Under the pieces are notes generated by a model. It saw only the letters and a program-made list of their open reading frames with translations, was not told the DNA's origin and searched no databases. From an uncultured Candidatus Poseidoniales archaeon (GTDB lineage Archaea; Thermoplasmatota; Poseidoniia; Poseidoniales; Poseidoniaceae): a DNA stretch of 64,000 nucleotides. The stretch spans positions 6,315-70,314 of the forward strand of contig CAJIYT010000006.1 in the NCBI GenBank assembly GCA_905181715.1, read 5' to 3'. Position numbers and translations under genes: made by a program. This document shows, one piece after another, positions 27,702 to 38,200 of this stretch (its first letter is position 1; the number at the start of each line of letters is the position of its first letter).

Positions 27702-30700
27702 ATGTCCAATAAAGTTAGACCGCTCTTCCTTGCGTCTTTGATGATTTTGTCTGTGATTTTAATTGCTCCTACTGCCCAAGCAGCAGATAGTGATAATGAT
27801 GGGGTTGATGATGCAGATGACGCATTCCCAAACGATTCGAATGAATGGAATGATACCGATGGCGATGGTGTCGGCGACAATTCAGATGCCTTCCCAGAAG
27901 ACCCCGATGAGTCAGAAGACTCTGATGGTGATGGTTTAGGTGATAATTCAGATTGTGAACCCGAGGATTCAGCAGTAACATACACCAATAATCCAGTTTC
28001 ATGTTCGGGTTTCACAGAATTATCCTATCCTTATGTGGCACAAGCAGGTTCTAGTGACCCCCCTGGCCTTTATGACGTTCATTTCGCAGTATTAGAGACA
28101 TCTGGCAACGAATGCACAGAGTGTTCGAATGAAGAAATAGATTTGATGAGTTCCAGCGGGACTCTTGATATCGGGATTATGAATGAATTTCAAAACTGGT
28201 CAGATCAACACGAATTCGTAGAGTTCTATTTCCAATATATTGATGATAACAGAAACGAACAATATGATAGCGGCGAAATCTATGTGATATCGTGCGAAAG
28301 TAGTACGACTCAAGGCCATATTGTAATCGCCGATGGGCGAATTTACGCATATGATTATGAAGAATTCTGGCCTGATGCTTATGGCATTAATATTGTAAAT
28401 GAAGACGACGATGAAGAGCCAGAACCTGATACCGACGGCGATGGCTACTTAGACGAGGATGATGCCTTCCCTGAGGATTCGAATGAATGGGAAGACTCTG
28501 ATGGCGATGGTGTAGGTGACAACTCTGATTGTGATCCTTACGACTCATCAGTAACAAGCACGAATGAAGAATTATGCATGGTAGTTGGTTTGAAAGACTT
28601 CGATGAATCGCCTGCAGGATGTGACGGCGAACACGAAGATGAAGGCAGTGATTGCTGGAATGGCTACTTAAGAGCCGATAAAAACGAAGTGAAGATTGTA
28701 TTAAAAAACTTAGATGATGCTTTAGAATACACATTAAATATTACTGATAGCGAATATGAGTCTGGTTCTAATCAGGTATTCCATTATACGGCATTCCAAT
28801 ATTTAGTGACAGAAGAAGGCCACCAAGAAATGTATGAAGAAAGGGTGCACATCAATTCTGATGAACCTCAATTTATCTGTTCAAGAAACCTAGAAATAAC
28901 CCTCTCTTATTTTGATCCAAATGATCAGGATAATGATTCGCATCAGGTTCAATATTGGCAGGATGTCAATTATTACGGGTGCGAATCTCGCCCACAACCA
29001 CAAGCTATGCTAAAACACGCTGATGGTGGAGAGATTAAGGAAAACTCACCCGATGAATTATTCACACAAGGCGCATCTGTAGAATTATCCTTCGAAGTTC
29101 ATAATTTAAAGAATGACACAAATTACTCTCTACAATGGCGAGCGACGGATGAAATGAATGATGCCGGACAGATGCAAATGAGTTATTTCCATAATGAAAC
29201 TCTAGAATCTATATCATCCAATAACTCAGATGGTACGTATGAACATTACTGGACTCTAAACATTCCCAGTGATTCTTGCCTGGTAGATATAGAATATGTA
29301 TTGACAGAATTAGACTATGACGGTTTCAATGAAAAGCACGGCATGGTTGATGTGTTAATTTGTGATTGGCTTGTAACATCCCGAACAGGTGAAGATACTT
29401 TTACTTCAGAAGCCTTCTTAAATCTCGACACACAAGGATTGGTTTTGAATATTAATGATAATTATGGCCTTTGGACGCACTATTACGTCGATTATGTGAC
29501 AGGAAACCGAGATAAAATTCTTACTCAAACAGAATTTGATTCATACTTCGAGATGTTCACCGAAGAAGGGGATGATGATTGCATCAGTGCAGAAATCGGT
29601 AATGCTTGGACAATGAACGGCCAATTAATTGAGAAAGACCATTCCTATTGCGAATATGCATTCGACGACAACGGTACTCAATTCTCAGCATATGTTCTTC
29701 TTAATGGTTCATGGCAAGCCGATGCAAATGGTGAATGGGTTCTTGAAATCTATACTGGAGATATTTACAGTGATTGTACAATTGTAACCTCAAATTCTTC
29801 GGCAGCCGAGCAATTTCAGGGGATGTTCAAATGTGTGAGTGATGAATTAGAGTCAAATTACTATGATAATGATGGTGGAGATTTCGAAGATTCTTGCCAA
29901 GTAAATAATGATACTGGCAAATGGTCTTGTAAGTATTATTGGCAACATTCTGAAGAGCCTCCTACTGAATATGATTCATGTGAAAGAGAGACGTATGATG
30001 AAGACGACTGGGTCCAATTTGAATGTCAGAACGAAGGACAATATCGAATAAATCACTATCAGCAAGATCAGTGCAACCCTTCTGATGGAGTCTTCTATTG
30101 TAAACACCCTTCAGATCCTTGGGAAACCAATTATGGAGATGAGAACACCTGTGTATGGAATGCTGACCCAATGTATTGGGAATGTGACAATGGCAGCTGG
30201 TGGAGATATTGTGAAATGCAGCATGCAGATGCTGCAGATTCTAACAACAGCGAACGTATATGGTATTGTACGGATATCTTTGGAAGCGACGAGTCATTCG
30301 GTAATACCACTGGAAACAGCCATTTTTCGGACGAAACCGTGCCTTCTGAAGCAGATTTGCAAACCGTTCGATACGGCGTAACTAGTAGTGATAGTTTTGA
30401 TTTAATTAACGCCAAATTCGTCCGTGATGACGGAGTCAGTTTGATGATGGCTGTATCTTCAGGATCAGCCTATGTCGATATTCCTTATGATTGGGATCAG
30501 ATGGAACGTGGACGCTTTGTCTGGAAGGCAGTCTCTGATGACTCGAGTAATGGAACCGATGATTCAAACAACACTTCCACTGAAAACAGACTCCCTGTAT
30601 GTGATGTATTCGCTGTATCCAATGTTGGCGCATCTGGACAGATAGCAGCCTCGGATATCGCTGCAAAACTTGCAGGTAATACCGCTCTTACAGCCCCACT

Positions 30701-31082
30701 AACTGGAACACTAACTGTTCCACTGACAGCTGGGTCGTATGAGTTCATGGTGGATTGCACAGATCCGGATGGAGATGACCTTGTAATTTCAATCAATGAT
30801 GGCATAACAACGGTCACTGCAGAAGCAATGGATGGGCACTTCTATGGCGGCTTAGGATTTATTGTGAAAGAGGAATCTACCTTCACCTATGAAGTGACAG
30901 TAACATGGACTGATGGAACCGAATCTGGGGAAGTTAAGGTGACATTTGATGCAGTAATGGGAACACCAGAACCAGATGAGACAGCATCTACTAGCGGATT
31001 GCCAGGATTTACCGCGCCACTATCGATGCTTGCACTTCTTGGAGCAGCTATGCTCCTTGGACGACATAAAAAAGAGGAATGA
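27702..31082 (+). CDS. Secreted acidic surface protein with TSP3-like repeats, Cys-pair repeats and a PGF-CTERM sorting signal
   Basis: Signal peptide; DSDNDGVDD..DAFP.D..E..D.DGDGVGDNSD repeats; C-terminus GLPGFTAPLSMLALLGAAMLLGRHKKEE (PGF + TM + basic tail). Confidence 0.85.
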   Translation: MSNKVRPLFLASLMILSVILIAPTAQAADSDNDGVDDADDAFPNDSNEWNDTDGDGVGDNSDAFPEDPDESEDSDGDGLGDNSDCEPEDSAVTYTNNPVSCSGFTELSYPYVAQAGSSDPPGLYDVHFAVLETSGNECTECSNEEIDLMSSSGTLDIGIMNEFQNWSDQHEFVEFYFQYIDDNRNEQYDSGEIYVISCESSTTQGHIVIADGRIYAYDYEEFWPDAYGINIVNEDDDEEPEPDTDGDGYLDEDDAFPEDSNEWEDSDGDGVGDNSDCDPYDSSVTSTNEELCMVVGLKDFDESPAGCDGEHEDEGSDCWNGYLRADKNEVKIVLKNLDDALEYTLNITDSEYESGSNQVFHYTAFQYLVTEEGHQEMYEERVHINSDEPQFICSRNLEITLSYFDPNDQDNDSHQVQYWQDVNYYGCESRPQPQAMLKHADGGEIKENSPDELFTQGASVELSFEVHNLKNDTNYSLQWRATDEMNDAGQMQMSYFHNETLESISSNNSDGTYEHYWTLNIPSDSCLVDIEYVLTELDYDGFNEKHGMVDVLICDWLVTSRTGEDTFTSEAFLNLDTQGLVLNINDNYGLWTHYYVDYVTGNRDKILTQTEFDSYFEMFTEEGDDDCISAEIGNAWTMNGQLIEKDHSYCEYAFDDNGTQFSAYVLLNGSWQADANGEWVLEIYTGDIYSDCTIVTSNSSAAEQFQGMFKCVSDELESNYYDNDGGDFEDSCQVNNDTGKWSCKYYWQHSEEPPTEYDSCERETYDEDDWVQFECQNEGQYRINHYQQDQCNPSDGVFYCKHPSDPWETNYGDENTCVWNADPMYWECDNGSWWRYCEMQHADAADSNNSERIWYCTDIFGSDESFGNTTGNSHFSDETVPSEADLQTVRYGVTSSDSFDLINAKFVRDDGVSLMMAVSSGSAYVDIPYDWDQMERGRFVWKAVSDDSSNGTDDSNNTSTENRLPVCDVFAVSNVGASGQIAASDIAAKLAGNTALTAPLTGTLTVPLTAGSYEFMVDCTDPDGDDLVISINDGITTVTAEAMDGHFYGGLGFIVKEESTFTYEVTVTWTDGTESGEVKVTFDAVMGTPEPDETASTSGLPGFTAPLSMLALLGAAMLLGRHKKEE

Positions 31083-31131
31083 TTGATTTAAGTCATAGTC
31101 GAATAGAGCTAGTTCTCAATTCGTATCGAAC

Positions 31132-31167
31132 TATGGCCTTACGGTGAGTATCATAGGCCATATTTTT
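31132..31167 (+). terminator. Hairpin plus T-run between convergent genes
   Basis: TATGGCCT(15 nt)AGGCCATA followed by TTTTT. Confidence 0.35.
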
Positions 31168-31188
31168 GCCTTTGATTGTACTAGGCGA

Positions 31189-31524
31189 TTAGAATCCGGG
31201 CTGGGCGCAATTGAAGCAAAGGGCACCGGGGCCGTCCACTACAGAACCACAGCGTGGACATTGCGATGAACCTGTTTGGTTTTTTGGCAGGTCATCACGT
31301 AGGATGATACCACCGATGAAGACCATGATAATCCCTACTAAAGATCCCAGCAAACACACTAATTGAATGGTTTTGAAGTCATCGCAAGTGTTACCATTAG
31401 TTAGTAAACATTCGAGTCGAAGGTCTCCAGCGAATGAAAAGAGAGGCATGAATATTGCAATTAATAGTACTCCCGATGCCATCAAATGTCCTGCACGCAT
31501 GAATAGTGTCACTAGTATTCTCAT
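31189..31524 (-). CDS. Small 2-TM protein with C-terminal zinc ribbon
   Basis: Two hydrophobic helices; CPRC...CFNC. Confidence 0.7.
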   Translation of the reverse strand: MRILVTLFMRAGHLMASGVLLIAIFMPLFSFAGDLRLECLLTNGNTCDDFKTIQLVCLLGSLVGIIMVFIGGIILRDDLPKNQTGSSQCPRCGSVVDGPGALCFNCAQPGF

Positions 31525-31566
31525 TAGAAACCTATGGCAAAGGTAGAAGCCATTTAATCAGCAATA

Positions 31567-31932
31567 TTATTCGATATCTGATTCAGGTTCCCATCCCCAT
31601 TTCTGAATGTGTAGAGAGTCAATTTTTACTAAACCAAAAAGGAACGATTCTTCATCATGGAATAGGAAGTTCTCAGCACCAATCGTTCTAGATTGAACAC
31701 CTGACATATATTTTTGGGAATCTTTATTCTCTTCTTCGATCCAACATCTCCTTCGCATATGGTTTACAACTTCCTCCGGAGTATTTCCATAAGCATATTC
31801 TTCTCTGATTTCTCCACCACTTTTCCACCAAACAACAATTTTAAATTTTTCACTTAACTCCTTTCCAATCATAATTAATTCCTTTGCAATCAAAGCATCG
31901 CGCTCATCTGGAGTCATTAGTGGTCCGCCCAT
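31567..31932 (-). CDS. Hypothetical protein
   Basis: ATG at 31932 (or 31917) preferred over the longer track start; no family recognised. Confidence 0.55.
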   Translation of the reverse strand: MGGPLMTPDERDALIAKELIMIGKELSEKFKIVVWWKSGGEIREEYAYGNTPEEVVNHMRRRCWIEEENKDSQKYMSGVQSRTIGAENFLFHDEESFLFGLVKIDSLHIQKWGWEPESDIE

Positions 31933-32073
31933 GATGGTTAATCTAATATCCACATATTCATCCTTTTCATTGATTTCAAAGTTAATTAGTACTAATCGTA
32001 CAAGTTTACCTGTGCCATGAAGAGCGACGATTATAGGCAAGATGGCTGTTTAACTCAGAACGCATCTTCGAGG

Positions 32074-33429
32074 TCACTCACTAGGGGCTTCAAGCCAACG
32101 ACCCTGGAAGGTTGAATCTGAATTGTCGACGCGAATAAAGAGGTCGAGTGAAGACCAAACCAAACTGTTGAACCCACTCTCCATCCCTTCTTGCCCTCCA
32201 GCTTTTGCAGTCATAAAATCGAGAGTATCCGAAGGTGAATGCCATTCTTGCCAGAATGAAATTTCTCCGCCCGGGCTAAAGAAATTAAACGTTGGATAGT
32301 CGGCAGAAAAGAATGAACAGTGATCTGAAGCGCACGATTCCGCAATCTGCCAATTGATAGGATTGCCTTCAGTTGGTTGATACGCAAGGTCATCGTCTAT
32401 TATTGTCCCAACCCAGTCATACATCAATTGCATGTTATCATCGCTTGCCCCTGCAATACTGATTTGCCATTCGTACTTTGTTGCAGAAAAAATCTCTCCG
32501 CCCGGCCCAACTAATGGCTCAGATTGAGGTATTATTGGATAATTAAGGGAAACCATATCGAAATTCATGTAAGCTTTAACAGTCACATTTTCAGGCAAAT
32601 GCTCAACATATGCTCGAGAGCCAAGCAATCCTTCTTCTTCACAAGACCAGAGTGCCGCAACAACCGTATGATCAAATTCCATTGAAGCAAGAGCCTGCGC
32701 CATTTCTAGTGAAACAGTTGAACCAGATGTATCGTCGTTTGCACCTTCATTCGTACCTCCTCCCGGAGGAGTGAACAGGTAAGCGATGTCGAAGTGCCCT
32801 CCAATTACGATATACTCATCGGGATTGGTTCTGCCCCAATTATATCCTACAACATTTAGTTGGTCAGGGTCATCATCATATCGTGTAACCTCAACAAAAT
32901 CAAAGCCCATATCCCACATCTCATCAGCCATAGCCTCAGCTGCAGCCTCGTATGCATCGCCTCCTTCGTGAACAGATGCACTTGCACACCAGCGGTTGTT
33001 ATACGAGGACGTGAGCATATCGATTGTCTCGTAAGCACGTCGGCCATCAACCAACATGTATTCTTCACTATCCAGCAGTGTTAGTGTCGCATTCCAAAGC
33101 AACTCACCAGCTGAAATTGAAATATCTACACTTTCTCTTTCAGAGTCTAGAATAAGTAATTGCAGTGATTTCTTTTCAGGTGGAAAAGTTGTCTCCACAG
33201 GATCTCTAGCAACTCCGGAATCATCAACATAAAATAAGCCAGCAGATCGATTAAATGTCCAATTAACATTTGAATCTACTTCGATCATCATATATTGTCC
33301 ACGCGTTGCTTCTGAAACATCTCCGACAGTTAATTGAGGAGTGATTTCAATTGTTTCCTCGCCAAAGCAGCCCGAAAGAGGCACTGCTAACAGTAGAAGA
33401 GTCAGAAGCATGACTCGTAGCAGGCGCAT
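32074..33429 (-). CDS. M28 family zinc peptidase, lipoprotein
   Basis: Lipobox AVPLSGC; IVIGGHFD, GANDDTSG, WSCEEEGLLGS, YMNFDMV, SDH, WHSPSDT. Confidence 0.92.
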   Translation of the reverse strand: MRLLRVMLLTLLLLAVPLSGCFGEETIEITPQLTVGDVSEATRGQYMMIEVDSNVNWTFNRSAGLFYVDDSGVARDPVETTFPPEKKSLQLLILDSERESVDISISAGELLWNATLTLLDSEEYMLVDGRRAYETIDMLTSSYNNRWCASASVHEGGDAYEAAAEAMADEMWDMGFDFVEVTRYDDDPDQLNVVGYNWGRTNPDEYIVIGGHFDIAYLFTPPGGGTNEGANDDTSGSTVSLEMAQALASMEFDHTVVAALWSCEEEGLLGSRAYVEHLPENVTVKAYMNFDMVSLNYPIIPQSEPLVGPGGEIFSATKYEWQISIAGASDDNMQLMYDWVGTIIDDDLAYQPTEGNPINWQIAESCASDHCSFFSADYPTFNFFSPGGEISFWQEWHSPSDTLDFMTAKAGGQEGMESGFNSLVWSSLDLFIRVDNSDSTFQGRWLEAPSE

Positions 33430-33595
33430 ACAGAGCGCTCGCAGAGGTGCTATTTGTCCCTGATGGTCACACACCAACTTTGTTAAAAAATCAAATGTTT
33501 TGTTTTTAGTTATTTTATTGAACGCGAGGAAGAAACGAAAATGGGGTAATATTAATTCTTACCATTACAGTCAGAACACACATTTGAAACTCACT

Positions 33596-33629
33596 GTTTC
33601 AGAGATAGTCAAACTATCTCTATTGAAAC
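33596..33629. other. Intergenic inverted repeat GTTTC-AGAGATAGT-CAA-ACTATCTCT-att-GAAAC
   Basis: Perfect 9-bp stem with a 3-nt loop plus an outer 5-bp pairing. Confidence 0.5.
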
Positions 33630-33728
33630 CGATCAGCGCATTATCTAGTGATTAGACATTAGTTGGAAAGGACTTGTGAATCGGTTTATCCATAGTCTAG
33701 GTGTCTTAGTGCTTATATTCGGCAAAGC

Positions 33729-34523
33729 TTATCGCAAATCGCGCATCTGAATGAACTCCCAACCATTCGAATTAGCCATTTCAAAAAGCCTAGATAAATC
33801 TTCATGACTAATTGTATCTCTAGTTCCGTTAATATCATGTGCATATAGCAGAATCGTCCCCTCTTCCTCTTCATCAATTGTCAGCAAAACATTCTCTAAA
33901 TGTGACTCTTGACCACTAATCTTTAATGCTTTAAAACCACCAGTATCCAGACAATCAGTATGCCATGGATGAATCTCATCTCCAAAAATCGAACTACTAG
34001 AATAACCCACACCCCTTACAATCGGAATCTTAGTTTGAATTAAATCATCCATCGAATCTGTACGTGCTCCGAAAGGATAAGCAAATGAATCGATTTCAAA
34101 ATCATTATCTTCCATAATCGATAAACTTGTAATCACCTGGCTTTGGAACCATTCCTCTTCACTACCCCCTTCTTCAACAAACGTGACTAAGGAGCTGTGG
34201 GTAAGTGTATGGAGGCCGATTTCATGCCCCTGGTTTTCAAAGGAATGCAAGGTGACGTAATCCTCATCTGAGAGTGATTCTTGACGGTCGATGAAGAATG
34301 TAACATTAACTCCGTATTGGTCAAAGAGCGGCATGGTAGAGTTCCATCTTTCCAAATGGGCTTTATCATCAAAAGATAATGCGATTCGTTAATCTTTGGC
34401 AGGATTCGAACAATCTCCATCAACAAAATAGTCGACTACAAAATAGCCAGAGAAACCAATACCGGTAATGAGGAGTATTATGCAAGCTATTTGGGGCCAT
34501 CTATTGCCATCTAAAGAACCCAT
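33729..34523 (-). pseudogene. Polysaccharide deacetylase (NodB/CE4) with N-terminal TM anchor, interrupted by an in-frame TAA at codon 45 (34391-34389)
   Basis: ATG 34523 reads MGSLDGNRWPQIACIILLITGIGFSGYFVVDYFVDGDCSNPAKD*RIALSFDDKAHLERW..., in frame with ORF 33729..34355. NodB motifs SFDD, HEIGLHTLTH, FAYPFG and LYAHD are present. Confidence 0.8.
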
Positions 34524-34615
34524 GTTGAGAGGCTGGTGATTCAACTATTTGTCACTTATTTTCAGCCTAGGGGGCAATATCATCTTTGAAAGGCGAAACA
34601 ATCTAAATTGAGAAT

Positions 34616-34726
34616 TTACATTCCTAAAAAGAAAACCATTACCATTATTACAACTGCTAAAACAATAATTATCTGAGTAAAGCGATTAGGTTTTTCTTCC
34701 TCTTCAATGGATTCGATATCGTCCAT
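34616..34726 (-). CDS. Small single-TM protein (36 aa), not in the ORF track
   Basis: MDDIESIEEEEKPNRFTQIIIVLAVVIMVMVFFLGM*; ATG 8 nt after the stop of the upstream co-oriented gene. Confidence 0.55.
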   Translation of the reverse strand: MDDIESIEEEEKPNRFTQIIIVLAVVIMVMVFFLGM

Positions 34727-34734
34727 TATAATCC

Positions 34735-35184
34735 CTAGAAAAACCATATCATAAAGCAGTATATGATAAAGATAACTACAAAACCGACAACTGTGTAACT
34801 CTGTATGTCAGGATTTACTTCCTCTATGCTAATTATCTTATTGATATACCGGATAATTACTGCAAGTAGATTGATAGATAAACCAATCAGAAGAAACCCT
34901 ATCGGAAATATCATAATAAATCCATCATATCCAGAGGGGGGATAAATTGTGAAATAAATCCACAGACCTACAACTCCAATCAGCCCAATGACCGCAATTC
35001 CTGCTCCAATAATATTCATCCATTTTAGAACATTATGGAATAACTGTTTACTATCGCTATCCCGAGAAAACTCCTCATCGCAATGAGGGCATTCGAATAG
35101 CCCAAAAGCGCCTTCCTCTAGCGCGATATTTTTGTCACAATGAGGGCACAGAATCTCATTCACATCACGCCTACTAGTCTTCAT
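34735..35184 (-). CDS. Zinc-ribbon plus 3-TM membrane protein
   Basis: CPHC...CPHC followed by hydrophobic helices. Confidence 0.75.
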   Translation of the reverse strand: MKTSRRDVNEILCPHCDKNIALEEGAFGLFECPHCDEEFSRDSDSKQLFHNVLKWMNIIGAGIAVIGLIGVVGLWIYFTIYPPSGYDGFIMIFPIGFLLIGLSINLLAVIIRYINKIISIEEVNPDIQSYTVVGFVVIFIIYCFMIWFF

Positions 35185-35282
35185 GCCATAACTGTTGACT
35201 AGCCTCCGCGTAGTAAGGGCATTATTTATGTAGCATTATTGGTATGAGATAGATTTATTGAGCAAATGATTGAGGAGCAAAT

Positions 35283-38200
35283 ATGAACAAGCGCTTGGTT
35301 TCAATTAACCTCGTCTTGTTATTTTTTCTTTCGGCCATATTAGTCCCTTCAGCCAATGCAGACTATGATTCGGATGGCATAACCGACGATGCTGATATTG
35401 ATGACGACGGTGATGGCGTTGCTGATATTGGTGACTCTTGCCCAACTGGGACATTAGATTGGATTTCAAACGAAACAAGTGATTATGATGGTGATGGTTG
35501 TAAAGATCGTTCAGTATTAATTGATTTTTATGATACTGAAGATTGGACTTATCAGGAATTCACATTTACGATAACAGCAGGCCAATCCTTTGACATCTAC
35601 CATGAATGCGCCCCAAATTGCCGATACGAAACCAAAATCACCATGGAGAAACCAGATGGAAATTCCGTTTTCTGGGGGAGCTATTTTATCGAAGACGAAA
35701 GAGAATCGACATTCCCATTCTACGCGGAATCGAGAGGGAGACTCTCACAAATATTCGGAATGCTGGGAGATGTAGTTTATGGTGATAATTCCATAACAAA
35801 TTCATGGAATCAAGCAGGAACCTATTCAATTAATATTACCGATTATAATCAGGATTATTACAATGATGGATACGATGTTGATAACGGGGGCGTCTCTCTT
35901 TTCGTGTATTTGGTTGGTTCTGAGGACGCTGAAGATATCGATGATGATGGCGATGGCGTAGTCGATTCTCTCGATCTCTGCATGCTTGGCGAAAGGAATT
36001 GGATCTCTACAGAATCTACAGATGCAGACGGTGATGGATGCCGAGATTTAGACGAAGATGATGACGATGACAATGATTTATGGGGCGACCACATGGATCC
36101 GTGTACAAATTATCAAACTAGCCCAGTCGATGGCGTAGGGGTTCGAGAATACCTCTTGAGCGATTCATTTAACGAATCGAATTCCGAAATCGAACCTGCA
36201 ATAGGTCATGGAACACCAGTCTTTGAGGACCTGAACGGCGAGAGTGCGCTGTATCTGGGCGGCTATGATGCAGTCGAATTTCCGAACAGTCTTACCGATG
36301 GATTAAATCATTCAGAACGAGTTCAGTTTTCTTTTGATTTCAATCTTAATGATTCTTATTTTAACAATTCACACCTAACTGCTGGTAATTCTAGTCCTGA
36401 CTATCAAGGACAACCCGGAGACGGAATTAGAATTTTAATTTCTAATCAATTAGCAGGGTTTGGCAATCTCGGTTATTCATTATGGGTGAAGAGTGATGTT
36501 GATGATGCTAGAAATTACGGGCTTTCAATGCAGATTACCCAACCAGGGATTGGAAACCATTTCCTTAATCCCATGCTCAATCGTAATCTGTCCTTTGAAA
36601 AGTGGTATACTTTGACAATCACATATGACTTTGCCTTAGAGAATCCAACAATCGAAGTTCTTCTAAATTCACAGCGGTATGTGTATTCATTAGGTCCGAA
36701 AATTGACGATATTGAATGTATTAAGGCGCATTTGATCGAGACTCCTGTTCGAATCGGCTCAGATTTAACCGGAAGTAAATTTGGCACTGAAGAAGTAAAC
36801 AGTGAAGGTGTGTTTGGCAAAGTAAATTCAACACCCTCCATTGGAATGTATGTACGAAATTTCAGTGCTAGTTCACCCGTTCCTTGGGGATCATCGATTG
36901 AGATGAATAGTGCGTTAAATGCGCTGATTGAACATATGAATGGCAATATCACACTAGATGAAATAGGAATAGATGGGAATTTAGAAAAGGTCGTTTCAAA
37001 TCTCTATGTTCCATGGTCTGACATTGGTGTAAACGCAGTGCGCTATATCGATACATATGCTGCAACTCAAGGCGCAATATTTGATGCTGGAGAAATTAAG
37101 TGGACTCCTTCTACAGATCATCCTTTGCGATATATTGGCTTTACAATGCAAGTCTATATTTTAGAATCAGTATTTACTTCCGAAAACATCCTTCAATCAG
37201 AAGGGATTGATTTTCCTGATGCTAAATATTTCCCAGGCCTCGTGGGCGAAAATGCCGTGAGAGTCGCAGATGGGAAAGCAATGATACGAGGAACCTATCA
37301 AACAGATCCAGCGCGAAGTTTCGGCGACGATAAGCGATTAATACAGCCGACTGGATTTTTTGCACCAGCAGGTGAAATAGTTACGATTGAGGTTGCAGGA
37401 GAACATACCGATGGCGGATTAGTGGCTTGGGTTGGTGCTCATCAAGCCGATCTTCGAGTGGTCACAGATGGCGCATATGCACGGTTTCCCAAAGTTGGAA
37501 TGTCTTTCCCGATAGATTCAGCAACTACACATGTGGCCAATCCATTTGGTGGTTCAATATACATCATGACACCAGACGGTGCACAGGAAGGAGATCTCGA
37601 AGTTACAATCTCAGGAGCTGTATCTTCGCCTTTATTTTCAACCAGAGAACTCAGCCAAACTACCTATGAAGAATGGAAGATTGCGGTGGAAAGCAGAGAT
37701 GCGCCATGGGGAGATATTGCCTCCGACCGGTTCATGGCGAGTTTCCCTCTAAAGCACTTGGAATATTCAAGGGATTTACTGTGTTCTTTCGACGGAACTC
37801 CCGGGACCTTTAGTTATCAGAGTTGTACCTTTTCAGTGCCCGAAGGAGAAAACATCACACTAGAACCAGCTGTTGGCCACCACGATGAAGAGGTTACAAT
37901 AAAAATCACCTATCCTGGCTCTACTACTATAACTTATGATTTAGACACCCTGTACGAAAATTCAGCACAGGGAGAGGGTGATCCAGAACCAGAATGGCAT
38001 ACATCTGGTAGCGGCGTTTTTTCAAAGGTTTCTAATCAAAGCGGAGAGTATAAAGTTGAACTCATCAGTTCTGAAGGAAATGGCGGAGCAACTTTCTATG
38101 GCGCGGTGATGAATTATTCTAAGGTTTACAATCCAACTGAACTGCTTGAAGTTTGGGACGGTGCGATTGATTCATACTTAGTCCTTGGAGGGTGGCCATT

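Noticed and set aside
33482-33655. Plus-strand open frame reading ...LFLVILLNARKKRKW... in the AT-rich gap
   Set aside because: There is no ATG or SD and it is short; it could be a remnant, but it is not supportable as a gene.
34389-34391. Selenocysteine or pyrrolysine recoding at the deacetylase stop
   Set aside because: The codon is TAA, not TGA or TAG, and other genes in the window terminate normally at TAA.
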